The notes: a model not told the origin generated them from the letters alone. 64,000 nucleotides of DNA from a bacterium (GCA_965219955.1 OZ244799.1:704001-768000); one strand, 5' to 3'; counted from the first letter of the stretch, positions 20,077 through 30,216 are shown. Program-made: numbers and translations.

Positions 20077-21416
20077 GTGAGCACTGGCGGCTCTCCCTGA
20101 GCGACGGCTTGCGCAGGATGGAGGAAGGCGATCTCACGGCGGTGGAGTGGGTGCGCTCTCTTTTATCCCGCATCGACGCTTGTGAGGAGCAGGTGAAAGC
20201 CTGGGTGCAGGTGGATGGAGAGGGCGCGCTGGAGGCGGCGAAGGCGGTGGATGACGCCAGAAACGCCGGGGAGGAGTTGGGGCCTCTGGCCGGAGCGCCC
20301 TATGCGGCCAAGGATATTTTCGGCGTCCGGGGCCTCAAGCTCGAAGCCGGAACGCATATCTTCAAGGGACAGACGGCCGAGGAGGACGCCGAGTGTGTGG
20401 CGCGCCTGCGGCGTGCGGGCGCGATCGCCCTCGGCAAGGCGGTGACGACGCCTTTCGCGCAGGGAGACCCCTCCATCACCCGCAACCCCTGGAACGTCGA
20501 GCGGAGCCCGGGCGGGTCGAGCAGCGGCTCCGCCGCCGCCGTGGGCGCGGGCATGGCGCCCGCCGCGTTCGGCAGCCAGACGACGGGCTCCACGCTTCGC
20601 CCCGCCGCGTACTGCGGCGTGCCGGGCCTGAAGCCCACCTATGGACGCATTCCCAGGACGGGCGTCATCGAAGTTTCGTGGAATTTCGATCATTTGGGAA
20701 TCATAGCGCGCACGGTCGAGGACATCGCCAGAATCCTCGAAGTGGCGGCAGGCCCGGACGGGATGGATCACAGCGCCGTGCAGTCCCCGCCGCCCGCCGC
20801 GAACCAGGCGCCGCAAAAGCCGGTAAAAATCGCGTATCTGAAGCATTTGCTCGCGCTCGCCAGCGGGGAAGTCGTCGAGTGGACCGAGCGGGCCGTAGCC
20901 CGGGTAAAATCAAAGGGTATCGAAGTCGAGGAGGTGGAACTGCCCCTGAGCATGGATGAGATAAACGCGGCGCATTTCGTCGCCCGGTGTGTGGATACCG
21001 CATCCTGCCATGAGGATTTGTATGCCGCGCACAAGGACGAACTCCCTCCTTACGTGCGCAGGAGCATGACGATCGGCTATATGGCGCCCGCCGTCCACTA
21101 CGTGAAGGCGCTGCGCGTGCGCGCGAATTTCGTTCGCAAAATGGACGCTCTGATGGAGCGCTACGATCTGTTCGTGCTGCCGAGTTTCGACGCGGGGCCG
21201 CCGCCGTGGGCGGAATCCACCGGGGGGCCGGCCTTCTTGCAGCCGCTCACCTTTTCGGGGCAGCCCGCGATCACCCTGCCCCTGGGGCGGGGGGACATGA
21301 ACCTCCCCCTGGGGATCCAGTTCGGCGCGATGCGCTGCGGCGAGGAGAAGCTGCTCGCGATGGCGAGGTGGTTCGAGGACGAGATGGGCTGGATGGTGGA
21401 GTTTCCCGAATTCTAG
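20073..21416 (+). CDS. Amidase signature family enzyme
   Basis: AAKDIF, SPGGSSSGSAAAV, GSQTTGSTLRPAAYCG. Confidence 0.92.
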   Translation: MSEHWRLSLSDGLRRMEEGDLTAVEWVRSLLSRIDACEEQVKAWVQVDGEGALEAAKAVDDARNAGEELGPLAGAPYAAKDIFGVRGLKLEAGTHIFKGQTAEEDAECVARLRRAGAIALGKAVTTPFAQGDPSITRNPWNVERSPGGSSSGSAAAVGAGMAPAAFGSQTTGSTLRPAAYCGVPGLKPTYGRIPRTGVIEVSWNFDHLGIIARTVEDIARILEVAAGPDGMDHSAVQSPPPAANQAPQKPVKIAYLKHLLALASGEVVEWTERAVARVKSKGIEVEEVELPLSMDEINAAHFVARCVDTASCHEDLYAAHKDELPPYVRRSMTIGYMAPAVHYVKALRVRANFVRKMDALMERYDLFVLPSFDAGPPPWAESTGGPAFLQPLTFSGQPAITLPLGRGDMNLPLGIQFGAMRCGEEKLLAMARWFEDEMGWMVEFPEF

Positions 21417-21458
21417 GACTGCATATATATTTTAGCTCTTGACATAGAGGGGCCTGAA

Positions 21459-22604
21459 ATGAACGAGACGGGGCCGGGAACGGCGGTAGAAGAAACAACC
21501 GATGCGGTGAAGCTCAAGATCATCGACGCGGACATCCATCCGCGCATGAACGGCATGTACCAGCTTCACCCGTATCTGTCCGAGTCGTGGCGCAAGCGCA
21601 TGGGCGTGGCGCCGCTCAGTTCCGCCAAGGACCCGACCACCGCGCGGAACGTCTTCTCGATACCCAAGCGCTGGTACTACCACCCCCACGGCGCGGAGCG
21701 TCCCGACGCCCTGCCGCCGGACGGCGGGAGGCCGGGTTCGAACCTCGACATGCTGCGCTCCCACCATCTGGACAAGTACGGCGTCGACGCGGGCATCCTC
21801 ATCGCGGGCGACCTGTTCGGCATCGGGGGATTGCCGGACGCCGACATGGCGGCCGCGTTCATCGCGGCGAACAACGACTGGCTGCTCCACGAGTGGTGCG
21901 AACCCGAACCCCGGCTCAAGCTCGCGATGCACGTCGGCCCGCGCGATCCCGGGCTCGCCGCCAAGGAAATCGAGAGAATCGGCGCGCATCCCGCCGTGGT
22001 CCAGGTGCAGATTCCCCAGATGGACGTTTTGCTGGGGAACCGCCACTACTACCCCATCTACGAGGCCGCGGAAGCCATGGGTCTGCCCATCGGGATGCAC
22101 GGCGCGGGCGAGGGGGCGGGGGTGAACACGCCCATGAACCCCACGGGAATTCCCGCCTATTACATCGAGGTGCACACGGGCGCCGTGACGATTGCGCAGG
22201 CCCAGGTCATCAGCCTGGTGTGCGAGGGCGTGTTCGTGCGCTTCCCGAAGCTCAAGGTCGTCTTCCAGGAGATGGGCTACGCCTGGCTGCCGAGTATCAT
22301 GTGGCGCTTCGACCAGGAATGGCGCTCGCTGCGCGCGGAGGTGCCCTGGCTGGAGCGTCCGCCGAGTGAATACATCGTCGACCACATCCGGCTGACCACG
22401 CAGCCCATCGCGGAGCCGCCCACGAACGAGGACCACCGCCAGATTCTCAGGATGGCGAGGGCGGAGAAGACGCTGCTGTTCGCGTCCGACTATCCGCACT
22501 GGGATTTCGACAATCCCCGGCAGGTTTTCCAGGAAGTCTCGGACGACTTGAGGCGCCGCATCTACCACGAGAGCGCCGAGGAGCTCTACGGGCACAAGCT
22601 CTGA
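21459..22604 (+). CDS. Amidohydrolase-2 family protein resembling AibH2/PtmU3-type dinuclear oxygenases
   Basis: IIDADIHP, RPDALP..G.PGS, YYIEVHTG, TTQPIAEP, FASDYPHWDFD. Confidence 0.8.
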   Translation: MNETGPGTAVEETTDAVKLKIIDADIHPRMNGMYQLHPYLSESWRKRMGVAPLSSAKDPTTARNVFSIPKRWYYHPHGAERPDALPPDGGRPGSNLDMLRSHHLDKYGVDAGILIAGDLFGIGGLPDADMAAAFIAANNDWLLHEWCEPEPRLKLAMHVGPRDPGLAAKEIERIGAHPAVVQVQIPQMDVLLGNRHYYPIYEAAEAMGLPIGMHGAGEGAGVNTPMNPTGIPAYYIEVHTGAVTIAQAQVISLVCEGVFVRFPKLKVVFQEMGYAWLPSIMWRFDQEWRSLRAEVPWLERPPSEYIVDHIRLTTQPIAEPPTNEDHRQILRMARAEKTLLFASDYPHWDFDNPRQVFQEVSDDLRRRIYHESAEELYGHKL

Positions 22605-22731
22605 GGGGGAGATTGTAATAGGGGAGTTGAGATAGCCCCTTGTCGGAGGACATCGTTTCTACCCCCAATGCGAGATGGTTTGCCGGGCGACGGGGAAGAG
22701 GAAGTTCACCCGCATCAATCAGGCTTTCACC

Positions 22732-23100
22732 TGTAGGGGCCGCATATATGCGGCCCATGACGGGGGAGAAAAAGGCCGGGTCGCATATATGCGACCCCTA
22801 CAACAGGAGCGACAATGACGCCGGAATGACGGCGGTGGTCAATTCCGACCGAGTATGGCTTTTTCAACAACTCCTCACCGGGCGCGTTCGACTCCCGCAA
22901 ACCGCCAACGCCTATTTCCTCACCCTGAGTAGCCGCCGGAGGCGGCGTATCGAAGGGCGAGGAGAATCGAACGCCTCGCGCCGGGCGAGAGGGCCATCCT
23001 TCGATATGCGGCTCCGCCGCTACTCAGGATGAGGCGGAGTGGCGGGCTGCGCAGGTCATGGAGGGGGACTGCGCCGCGGCGGGACTTTTTCAACAACCCC
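22732..23100. repeat. Mosaic repeat cluster
   Basis: GTAG-type REP doublet (GTAGGGGCCGCATATATGCGGCCC...CCCCTAC), half CCGGAATGACGG unit, CCTCACCCTGAGTA unit, two TTTTTCAACAAC ends. Confidence 0.88.
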
Positions 23101-23150
23101 TTCAGGTGTGGGCTGCGATATAGCTGAATGGCTCGGAATGCCCGCCCGTA

Positions 23151-24248
23151 TCAAATATCGAGGCGGAATTTGTGGACTGCCTCCTCGTTCACTTCCACGC
23201 CCAGGCCCGGACCCTCGGGCACCTTGACGACCCCGCCTTCCGCCTCGAAGCCGGTGACGATGTCCTCATCGTGCCAGGCGGGGGCCTTGCCCGATTCGTT
23301 GTAGACGATGGAAGGGGTCGAGGCGAAAAGGTGCGCGCAGGCGGCGTCGTTCAGCGCGCTGTGGATCACGCTGCCGCAGATGCCCTCGATGCCGTGTATC
23401 TCGATGAGGGCGGCGGCCTTTTTCGCATGGAGCAACCCGCCCTCGCGGTTCACTTTGAGGTTCACGATGTCGGCGGCGCGCCTGCGCGCGATTTCGGCCA
23501 GGTAGTCGGGGCGGAACGATTCGTCCGCGCAGATGGGGATGCGCGTGTTCTTGTTGACGAACTCCAGGCCGTCCAGGTCGTTGCCGGGCACGGGCTGCTC
23601 GAGCATCGTGATGCCGTACTCCTCGATGCGCGCACACATCTGAACGGCGAGCTTGGGCGTCCAGCTCATGTTCGCGTCGACGACGATGTGCGCCTCATCC
23701 CCGGCCGCCTCCCGGGCGGCCGCGACGCGCGCGATGCTCGTCTTCGTATCGCGGTTCATCTTCACCTTGAACGAGGTGATGCCCAGCGCCATGGATTCCG
23801 CCGCGAGTTCGGCGGTCCTTTCGGGTGATTCGAGCGGCAGGATGTCGAAGGCGGGCATCTCGTCCCTGATTTTTCCGCCCAGCAGGTCGTAGACCGGACA
23901 GCCCAGCATGCGGCCGATGAGGTCGTGCACCGCGCAGTCGATGGCCGCCTTGGGGGAATGGTGGAAGGGGATGGCTTTTTCCATCCTGTGGACGATGCGT
24001 TCCCTGTCGAAGGGGCTGCAGTCGGCGACGGCGGGAACCAGGTATTCATCGAGTATCTGGTACGCGCTCTTGAGCGTCTCCCCGGTCGGGAACGAGCGCA
24101 GCGGCGCCCCGCCCCAGCCCGAAACGCCCTCGCAGGTGATTTTTACGACGATGTCTTCTGAATGCGTCGCGGTGCGCGTGGCGCTCTTGTAGGGATGGTT
24201 GAGCGGGATGGCGACGGGGAAGAGTTCTATTTTCTCGATTTTTCTCAT
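23151..24248 (-). CDS. Enolase superfamily enzyme, muconate cycloisomerase/dipeptide epimerase subgroup
   Basis: FKVK, VDANM, EQP, ADES, NLKVN, PGLGVE. Confidence 0.88.
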   Translation of the reverse strand: MRKIEKIELFPVAIPLNHPYKSATRTATHSEDIVVKITCEGVSGWGGAPLRSFPTGETLKSAYQILDEYLVPAVADCSPFDRERIVHRMEKAIPFHHSPKAAIDCAVHDLIGRMLGCPVYDLLGGKIRDEMPAFDILPLESPERTAELAAESMALGITSFKVKMNRDTKTSIARVAAAREAAGDEAHIVVDANMSWTPKLAVQMCARIEEYGITMLEQPVPGNDLDGLEFVNKNTRIPICADESFRPDYLAEIARRRAADIVNLKVNREGGLLHAKKAAALIEIHGIEGICGSVIHSALNDAACAHLFASTPSIVYNESGKAPAWHDEDIVTGFEAEGGVVKVPEGPGLGVEVNEEAVHKFRLDI

Positions 24249-24268
24249 TCGTGCTCTCGGCTCCAAAA

Positions 24269-24427
24269 GGGTTTGTTGAAAAAGTCCGATAAAGGAGGGT
24301 TGCGGTTGTAGGGACAACCCTCCGTGGTTGTCCTTCGTCAGGACAGGCACGGAGGCCTGTCCCTACGGCAAACAATTCGATGATCGGGATTCCCTCCCTC
24401 CTCGCGGAGGGCTTTTTCAACAACCCC
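24269..24427. mobile_element. MITE-like element carrying a GTAG REP doublet
   Basis: GGGTTTGTTGAAAAA ... TTTTTCAACAACCCC; first ~100 bp match the reverse complement of 41721-41820. Confidence 0.75.
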
Positions 24428-24441
24428 GAATAGCGGGGGAA

Positions 24442-24840
24442 TCACACGTGCAGCATCACCAGGTCTTTTTCGAGCGTGACCTCATACGTCTCGATGGAGG
24501 GGTCTTCTTCCGCCTCGAGCGTGACCTCATAGGTTTTGACGCGCATCCTGTGGGGGTTGAATACGGAGCGCCCGTTCGTGATGTCGAACTCCCAGCAGTG
24601 CCAGGGACACACGAGAACCTGCTCGTCCATCACGTATTCGTAGGTATGGGGCCTGGAGGACTTCATGGTCCCCTTGACCTTGCCGAGGCAAAGCGGCGCG
24701 CCCTGGTGCGGGCAGGAGTTCCTGACAGCGTACAGGGAATTCCTGATGTTGAACACGCCGATGGAGCGGCCCTCGACCTCGACGATCTTCCGCGCACCGG
24801 GGGGCAGTTCCGATATTTTGCACACCAGGTGTTTCGCCAT
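24442..24840 (-). CDS. Rieske [2Fe-2S] ferredoxin
   Basis: CPHQGAPL ... CPWHCWEFD. Confidence 0.93.
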   Translation of the reverse strand: MAKHLVCKISELPPGARKIVEVEGRSIGVFNIRNSLYAVRNSCPHQGAPLCLGKVKGTMKSSRPHTYEYVMDEQVLVCPWHCWEFDITNGRSVFNPHRMRVKTYEVTLEAEEDPSIETYEVTLEKDLVMLHV

Positions 24841-24857
24841 GCGCGATACGCCCCGTT

Positions 24858-25685
24858 CTAGTTTCCGGCCGCCGCGGCCGCCGCCTTTTCCCTCAGTATC
24901 TCTTCGAGCTTCGGCATGGCGCGCACCGACGCGTAGCGCGCGTGCTGGCCGCTTTGCGTGGAGAGGCTTCGTTTCGAGCCCTTGGGGATGTGGATGATGG
25001 AGCCGGGGCCCGACGCTTGCCGCTCGTCGTCCACCTGGGCGTCGATGACCCCCTTGATGACGTAGACGAACTGCTCGTGCGCGTTCTCGGCCGTCGAATC
25101 CTCGAATCCTTCGGGTATTTCGCCGTAGCCGAACGCGAGGCGCTCGCCCTCGATCCACACGGTGTGGCGTCCCGAGGATGCGGGCGCGTCGAAGGAGGGG
25201 AGTATCGGGTAATAGGAGTTGTTCAGGCCCTCGACGATGATTTCCGCTCTCTCGGCGTCTCTTTCGTATTCTTCCGCAGTGCCATCCTCGTATCGCTGGT
25301 TGATTTCCTCGACGGTGAGCGCCTTGTCCGGCACCACCTGGTCCCTGTCGAGCCCCACGACCGTCCAGGAGCGGTCCTTCACGTAGAGGTAGTCCATGTC
25401 GCCGTCTTCGGTGGCGCCCATTTGGTGCTGGGCGTAAGGGGGCACGTGAACGAAGGTGCCCGGCGCGACGACCCTTCTGTCCTTCCCGACGAGGGCGTTG
25501 ATTTTACCGCTGATGGGGAAAATCATGAGTTCGTTGGGGTGGTAGTGGATCTGGGAGCCCGTGCCGGCCACTTTGCTGACCTGGCAGAAATACATGAATT
25601 CCCCCTCGATGATGGCTCCCTGGCCGGAGGAGAGATGGGGCGTGACGGCTTTTTTCTCTATTTCTTCGAAACGATGGAACGGCAT
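24858..25685 (-). CDS. Bicupin protein
   Basis: HYHPNE...H in the first cupin domain; HEQF..IHIP in a degenerate second domain. Confidence 0.8.
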   Translation of the reverse strand: MPFHRFEEIEKKAVTPHLSSGQGAIIEGEFMYFCQVSKVAGTGSQIHYHPNELMIFPISGKINALVGKDRRVVAPGTFVHVPPYAQHQMGATEDGDMDYLYVKDRSWTVVGLDRDQVVPDKALTVEEINQRYEDGTAEEYERDAERAEIIVEGLNNSYYPILPSFDAPASSGRHTVWIEGERLAFGYGEIPEGFEDSTAENAHEQFVYVIKGVIDAQVDDERQASGPGSIIHIPKGSKRSLSTQSGQHARYASVRAMPKLEEILREKAAAAAAGN

Positions 25686-25934
25686 CCGGTAAACTCCTTT
25701 TCTGACGAAATTATCCCCGCATTGGTTTTCGGTGAATCACGGCAAGGGGTCGCCGGGAATCAAAAAATTATTGTTGTCAGGTTTGTTGAACCCAAGGCGC
25801 GAATGTTACCCTTTCCCGTCGCGTCTGACAATTTATGATCGATAAAAATAATGAGGCGTCCCCCCGGCGTTTCCCGGCGGCGGGGCGCAAGCAAGGAATT
25901 TTCACGGCACTTATCAAACATACTGGAGATTGTT

Positions 25935-26936
25935 ATGGCGGATGAAAAAGTACGGCTGGCGTCCATCGGCCTGGCCAACTGGGGAACCATGCTGGGGAAT
26001 GCCGCGAAAAGGGCGGGGAACGTGGAAATCACCCGGTGCTTCACGAGAACGGAGTCCTCGCGCGAGGAGTTCGCGGAGAAATTCGGCTGCCGCCCGGCGG
26101 CGTCTTACGATGAAGTCCTGAAGGACAGCGAGGTGGAGGGCATCCTCATCGCCACGCCCCATTCCACGCATACGGACCTGATCACGCAGGCGGCATCGGC
26201 GGGCAAGCACGTCTTCGTCGAAAAGCCGCTCACCCTGACGGTGGCGGATGCGGACAAGTGCATCGAAGCCACCGAGAGCGCGGGCGTCACGATGCTGGTG
26301 GGACACCACAGGAGGCGGCAGGGAGCGAACCGCCGGATTCGGGCGATGATAGACGAGGGCGCGCTCGGGATGGTTCACGCCCTGGAGGCGAACCTCTCGA
26401 ATCCCAACGGCCAGAACCCGAGAAGCGGCTGGCGGAACGACCCGGCGGAATGCCCGGCGGGGGGCATGACGGGGCTCGGCGTCCACATGGTGGACAATCT
26501 CCAGTACCTGGCCGGCCCGGCGAAGCGGGTGAGCGCGTTCAGCAAGCAACTCTACGCCGCGGGCAATCTGGATGACGTGACGAACATCATCCTCGAATAC
26601 GAGAGCGGCCCGCTCGGCTACATCACCACCTGCTACGTCACCTCCAAGCAGTGCACGACGTCGGCCCACGGCACCGAAGCCTCCGCGTGGAGCGAGGATG
26701 AGGGCGAGCGGCTGTATCTCCAGAAAAAAGGCGAGAACGAACGGAGCGAGCTCTCCGTGGACGGCGGCGATGCGCTCGCCGAGGAAATACAGGAATTCGG
26801 CAGGTGCATCCGCGGTGAGGCCACACCGGAGACGGACGGGAAGGCGGCGCGCGAAGTGGTGGCCGTCCTGGAGTCGATCGTCGAGAGTGCGAAGAGCGGG
26901 CGCGTGGTCGAGGTTTCGGAGATCAGGGGGCATTGA
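25935..26936 (+). CDS. Gfo/Idh/MocA family oxidoreductase
   Basis: ATPHSTH, KHVFVEKP, GHHRR, GVHMVD; GGAG before ATG. Confidence 0.9.
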   Translation: MADEKVRLASIGLANWGTMLGNAAKRAGNVEITRCFTRTESSREEFAEKFGCRPAASYDEVLKDSEVEGILIATPHSTHTDLITQAASAGKHVFVEKPLTLTVADADKCIEATESAGVTMLVGHHRRRQGANRRIRAMIDEGALGMVHALEANLSNPNGQNPRSGWRNDPAECPAGGMTGLGVHMVDNLQYLAGPAKRVSAFSKQLYAAGNLDDVTNIILEYESGPLGYITTCYVTSKQCTTSAHGTEASAWSEDEGERLYLQKKGENERSELSVDGGDALAEEIQEFGRCIRGEATPETDGKAAREVVAVLESIVESAKSGRVVEVSEIRGH

Positions 26937-27967
26937 GCGTGAGCGAAACGAGTGCGGATTCCTGGGAAATCGGGGGTGTGGAGATAGCCGCAGGTTCCTA
27001 TGAATACGTGAAAATCCCGGTGGCGCGGATGCTCACCGGCTCGGAGACGGGCCTGCCCCTCCATTGCGTGAGAGGGGAGAAACCCGGCCTCACCCTCTCC
27101 GTTCTGGCGTGCGTCCACGGGGATGAGCCGCAGCCGATTCGCGCGTTCCAGAACGTGATCGCGCAAATCGACCGGAAGCAACTGAGCGGCGCTCTTCTTC
27201 TCGTTCCGGTGGCGAACCCGTTCGCCTTTGCGAATTTTTCGCGCCAATCGCCCGATCAGCACGAGCAGACGAACCTCTGGGGCGCGTTTCCGGGGTCCGC
27301 CAAGGGGACGCTCACGCAGCGCTACGCGCACAAGATTCGTGAAACCCTGATCGAGCGCGCGGATTATCTCGTGGAGTTTCACTCCGGCGGGGCGTCGGGG
27401 AGAATCCAGAGGCGCGTCGACATGGACCCGGACGCCGAAGGCGCCGTCGGCGAAAAATCGCGCGAGATGGCGATTGCTTTCGCGAGCGGGGGCGCCGCGC
27501 TGGTGCATGGCGTGCCTTTCAGCACGTCGAGCGCTTCGGGCCATGCGCTCACGCAGAAGATACCGGCCATCAGCGTGGAGATTGGCGGCGCCTACCTGCC
27601 CGAATGCGAGGAGAACCTTTACCGGGAGAACCTGGAGGAGGGGTTCTTGAACCTGCTCGTCCACCTCGGGATGCTCCCGGGGGAGGAGAAGAGACTGAAG
27701 ATCACCTATTTCGGTTTCGCCAACCGCGCCGAGGCCAACCCGTCGAGCGGCGGATACCTCGTCTCGCGGAAAACGCACTTCGCGGACCTGGGCGCCAGGG
27801 TGAGCGAAGGGGAGCTTCTGGGTGAGATGCTGGATCCTTTCAGCCTGGAGGTGGTGGAGGAACTGCGAAGCCCCGCCGACGGCGTGCTTTTCTTCAGCAG
27901 GTGCAGCGGGCCGTTCGAAGTGGGCAACAAGGGGTTCGCCGTCGCCACCGAATACCGGGAAATATAA
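26933..27967 (+). CDS. Succinylglutamate desuccinylase/aspartoacylase family (M14-type deacylase)
   Basis: VHGDE, PVANP, VEFHSGG, VEIGG, C-terminal barrel-sandwich segment; start could be GTG 26939. Confidence 0.85.
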   Translation: MSVSETSADSWEIGGVEIAAGSYEYVKIPVARMLTGSETGLPLHCVRGEKPGLTLSVLACVHGDEPQPIRAFQNVIAQIDRKQLSGALLLVPVANPFAFANFSRQSPDQHEQTNLWGAFPGSAKGTLTQRYAHKIRETLIERADYLVEFHSGGASGRIQRRVDMDPDAEGAVGEKSREMAIAFASGGAALVHGVPFSTSSASGHALTQKIPAISVEIGGAYLPECEENLYRENLEEGFLNLLVHLGMLPGEEKRLKITYFGFANRAEANPSSGGYLVSRKTHFADLGARVSEGELLGEMLDPFSLEVVEELRSPADGVLFFSRCSGPFEVGNKGFAVATEYREI

Positions 27968-28035
27968 TCCGCCGCGCTCAGGCGCGAAATCTATCCATGG
28001 GTCTTTGAACAACCGAATGGAGGAAACGCAAGACA

Positions 28036-28482
28036 ATGCCTTTTTACGATCCCGAGACGATGGAGCAGAAACTGGCGGGGGCGAGCTACAGCACCTCCGA
28101 GGGCGTGTGGGTCGACGGCGACCGCGTCATATTCGGCGTCATCAACAAGCCGGCGGGCACGGGCAGCAGGCCGCACCGCCACCCCAACGAGCAGTTCATC
28201 TTCGTTCAGCAGGGCAGCCTGCAGGCGATGATCGACGGCGAGCGGAAAACGGTCGGCAAAGGGGGAATCATCCACATCCCGGCCAATTCGCTCCACAGCA
28301 TGGTGGCCACCGATGATGAGGACGTCATCTTCATCGTGGCGAAGGATACGACCTGGCAGATCGAGGGGGTCGCCGAGGATGATTCCTCCTACGGCGCGTA
28401 CATCGGCGAGGGCGCGGACGGGAGCGTGGCCGCGCGGTTTCGCGAGATCGCCGAGCAAGGCCCCGAGTCAAGCGGCTGTTGA
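28036..28482 (+). CDS. Cupin domain protein
   Basis: PHRHPNEQF ... HIPANSLH. Confidence 0.88.
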   Translation: MPFYDPETMEQKLAGASYSTSEGVWVDGDRVIFGVINKPAGTGSRPHRHPNEQFIFVQQGSLQAMIDGERKTVGKGGIIHIPANSLHSMVATDDEDVIFIVAKDTTWQIEGVAEDDSSYGAYIGEGADGSVAARFREIAEQGPESSGC

Positions 28483-28966
28483 AAAAAAGTCCTTCTTGCT
28501 CGCGTTTGATCTCCCACAGCATCAGCCTGCGGGGCAGGGGCAGGCCCCCGTGCCTGTTCGAGGCCCGCGCCGGTCTACCGATCTGGTAGGGGCCGTTCGC
28601 GAACGGCCCTTGCCGGAGAAACGGGCGCTTCACGAAGCGCCCCTACGACACCCTTTTGGGGAGATCACAACACCCGTCATTCCGGCGAAAGCCGGAATCC
28701 ATTTTGACTTTTCACCGGGCGGGGCGGCCACGACCTTGTTGTCGCGCGGCGTTTGGATGCGGAATCCAGAAAATTCGCCTTTCGTTTTTGTGTTCGATTC
28801 CGATCCTCCCCTCCTCGGAGTAAAGACGTCCGAACGAGGAAGCGAAAAGGCAAAGGCGAAAATGGATTCCGGCTTTCGCCGGAATGACGGCCAATACCCG
28901 AACCCGGGCGGAGGCGTCACTTCCTCCTCAAGGGCTTTTTCAACAGCTCCCTCAAGGGGGGAGTGA
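28472..28966. repeat. TIR-bounded mosaic repeat cluster
   Basis: GCGGCTGTTGAAAAA ... TTTTTCAACAGCTCC then CTCAAGGGGGGAGTGA; contains a GTAG REP and a 215-bp element (28675-28889) near-identical to 4048-4262. Confidence 0.9.
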
Positions 28967-29346
28967 TTGTTTATCTCGCGACTGATGGGATGGTCCTCAA
29001 GAGAGTGAAATTTAGTGCGCTCCTTCTGTGGGGTTTTTCAGAAGCCCTGATAAAGCGGAGATTTACTTGAGTCCCGTAAAACCGGCCGCGTGCGTTTCCT
29101 CGCAAGGGTAGAGAATAAGAAAAGCGCGAAGAGGGGGTAATCTCGTGCGCAATTCCATGATCCCGAAAACGCGCAAATCTTGGCGCAAGATTTTGACTTG
29201 GAATTCTATTTTTGCAAGAATGGCCGCAAATCGGACTTAAGCCGCAATGAGCCATCAAGAGCTGACGGGAAAATTCCATGGCTTAGGCTTTGGCCGCATC
29301 GCATACGTGATATTTTTGAAATTCGCATGATTTGGGAGGCTGTTTG

Positions 29347-30216
29347 ATGGCCACGGCAACGGATGAAGTCAGAAGGGACGAGGTAAAACTGCCTGACGAG
29401 TATACCAAGCAGGAAAGATTCTGGATGTGGATCAAGGACAACATCCCGAGTTTTATTGCGGTGCTCGTGATATGGGAGTGCATCGCCTGGTACGTGAGCG
29501 AGCCCGCGCTGTTCCCCCGTGTATTTCCCATCGTCCACCGATTTTACGAGGTCACTTTCCTGAGGTCCGGTGAGACCCTGTGCGTCTTGTGCGTGCACTC
29601 CTACCACACCGCCTGGCGGATCATGGTGGGCATGATCATCGCCGGCTTCGTGGGGATAGCCATCGGCATCGCGATGGGCCGCATCGGCTGGTTCGAGAAG
29701 TTCATGATCCCCATCCTGAGCATGCTCCTGCCCATCCCGGCGCTGGCCTGGAGCCCGATTCTCGTCCTGTGGTTCGGCCTCGGCAACACGACCATGATCT
29801 TCATCACCGCGTTCGCCGCGGCGCTGCCGGCCATCTCCTCGACGTGGACGGGGGTGAAGACCATTAATCCCATCTGGATACGGGCGGCGCAGTCGATGAA
29901 CGCCGAGGGGATGACCCTGTTCTGGAAGGTCATCTTCCCCGGTTCGCTGCCGTTCATCCTCTCGGGCATCCGCATCGGCCTGGCGCGCGCATGGCGCGCC
30001 GGCATCGCGGGCGAGATGGTGGCCGCGAGCGACTGGGGCCTGGGCTACGCCATCTTCGACAGCCGCGAGGACCTCGACACCGCCTTCATGCTGGTGGGAA
30101 TCGCGGCCATCGCCCTGGTCGGCTTCGTGATGGAGAAGTTCATCTTCGAGAAGTTCGAAAAGGTGACCGTCGTCAAGTGGGGCATGATGGAAGAGGTCGG
30201 CGGACAGCGCCAGTAA
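29347..30216 (+). CDS. ABC transporter permease, NitT/TauT/SsuC type
   Basis: PIPALAW, LWFGLG, RAAQSMNA (EAA loop), LPFILSGIR, EMVAASDWGLG. Confidence 0.92.
   Translation: MATATDEVRRDEVKLPDEYTKQERFWMWIKDNIPSFIAVLVIWECIAWYVSEPALFPRVFPIVHRFYEVTFLRSGETLCVLCVHSYHTAWRIMVGMIIAGFVGIAIGIAMGRIGWFEKFMIPILSMLLPIPALAWSPILVLWFGLGNTTMIFITAFAAALPAISSTWTGVKTINPIWIRAAQSMNAEGMTLFWKVIFPGSLPFILSGIRIGLARAWRAGIAGEMVAASDWGLGYAIFDSREDLDTAFMLVGIAAIALVGFVMEKFIFEKFEKVTVVKWGMMEEVGGQRQ

Noticed and set aside
28480-28482. Selenocysteine read-through at the cupin Cys-TGA end
   Set aside because: The TGA belongs to a repeat TIR and the downstream sequence is non-coding repeat.
28970-29346. Riboswitch or sigma54 promoter upstream of the ABC permease
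   Set aside because: I found no correctly spaced GG-N10-GC motif or recognisable aptamer by eye; an Rfam scan would be needed to exclude one.
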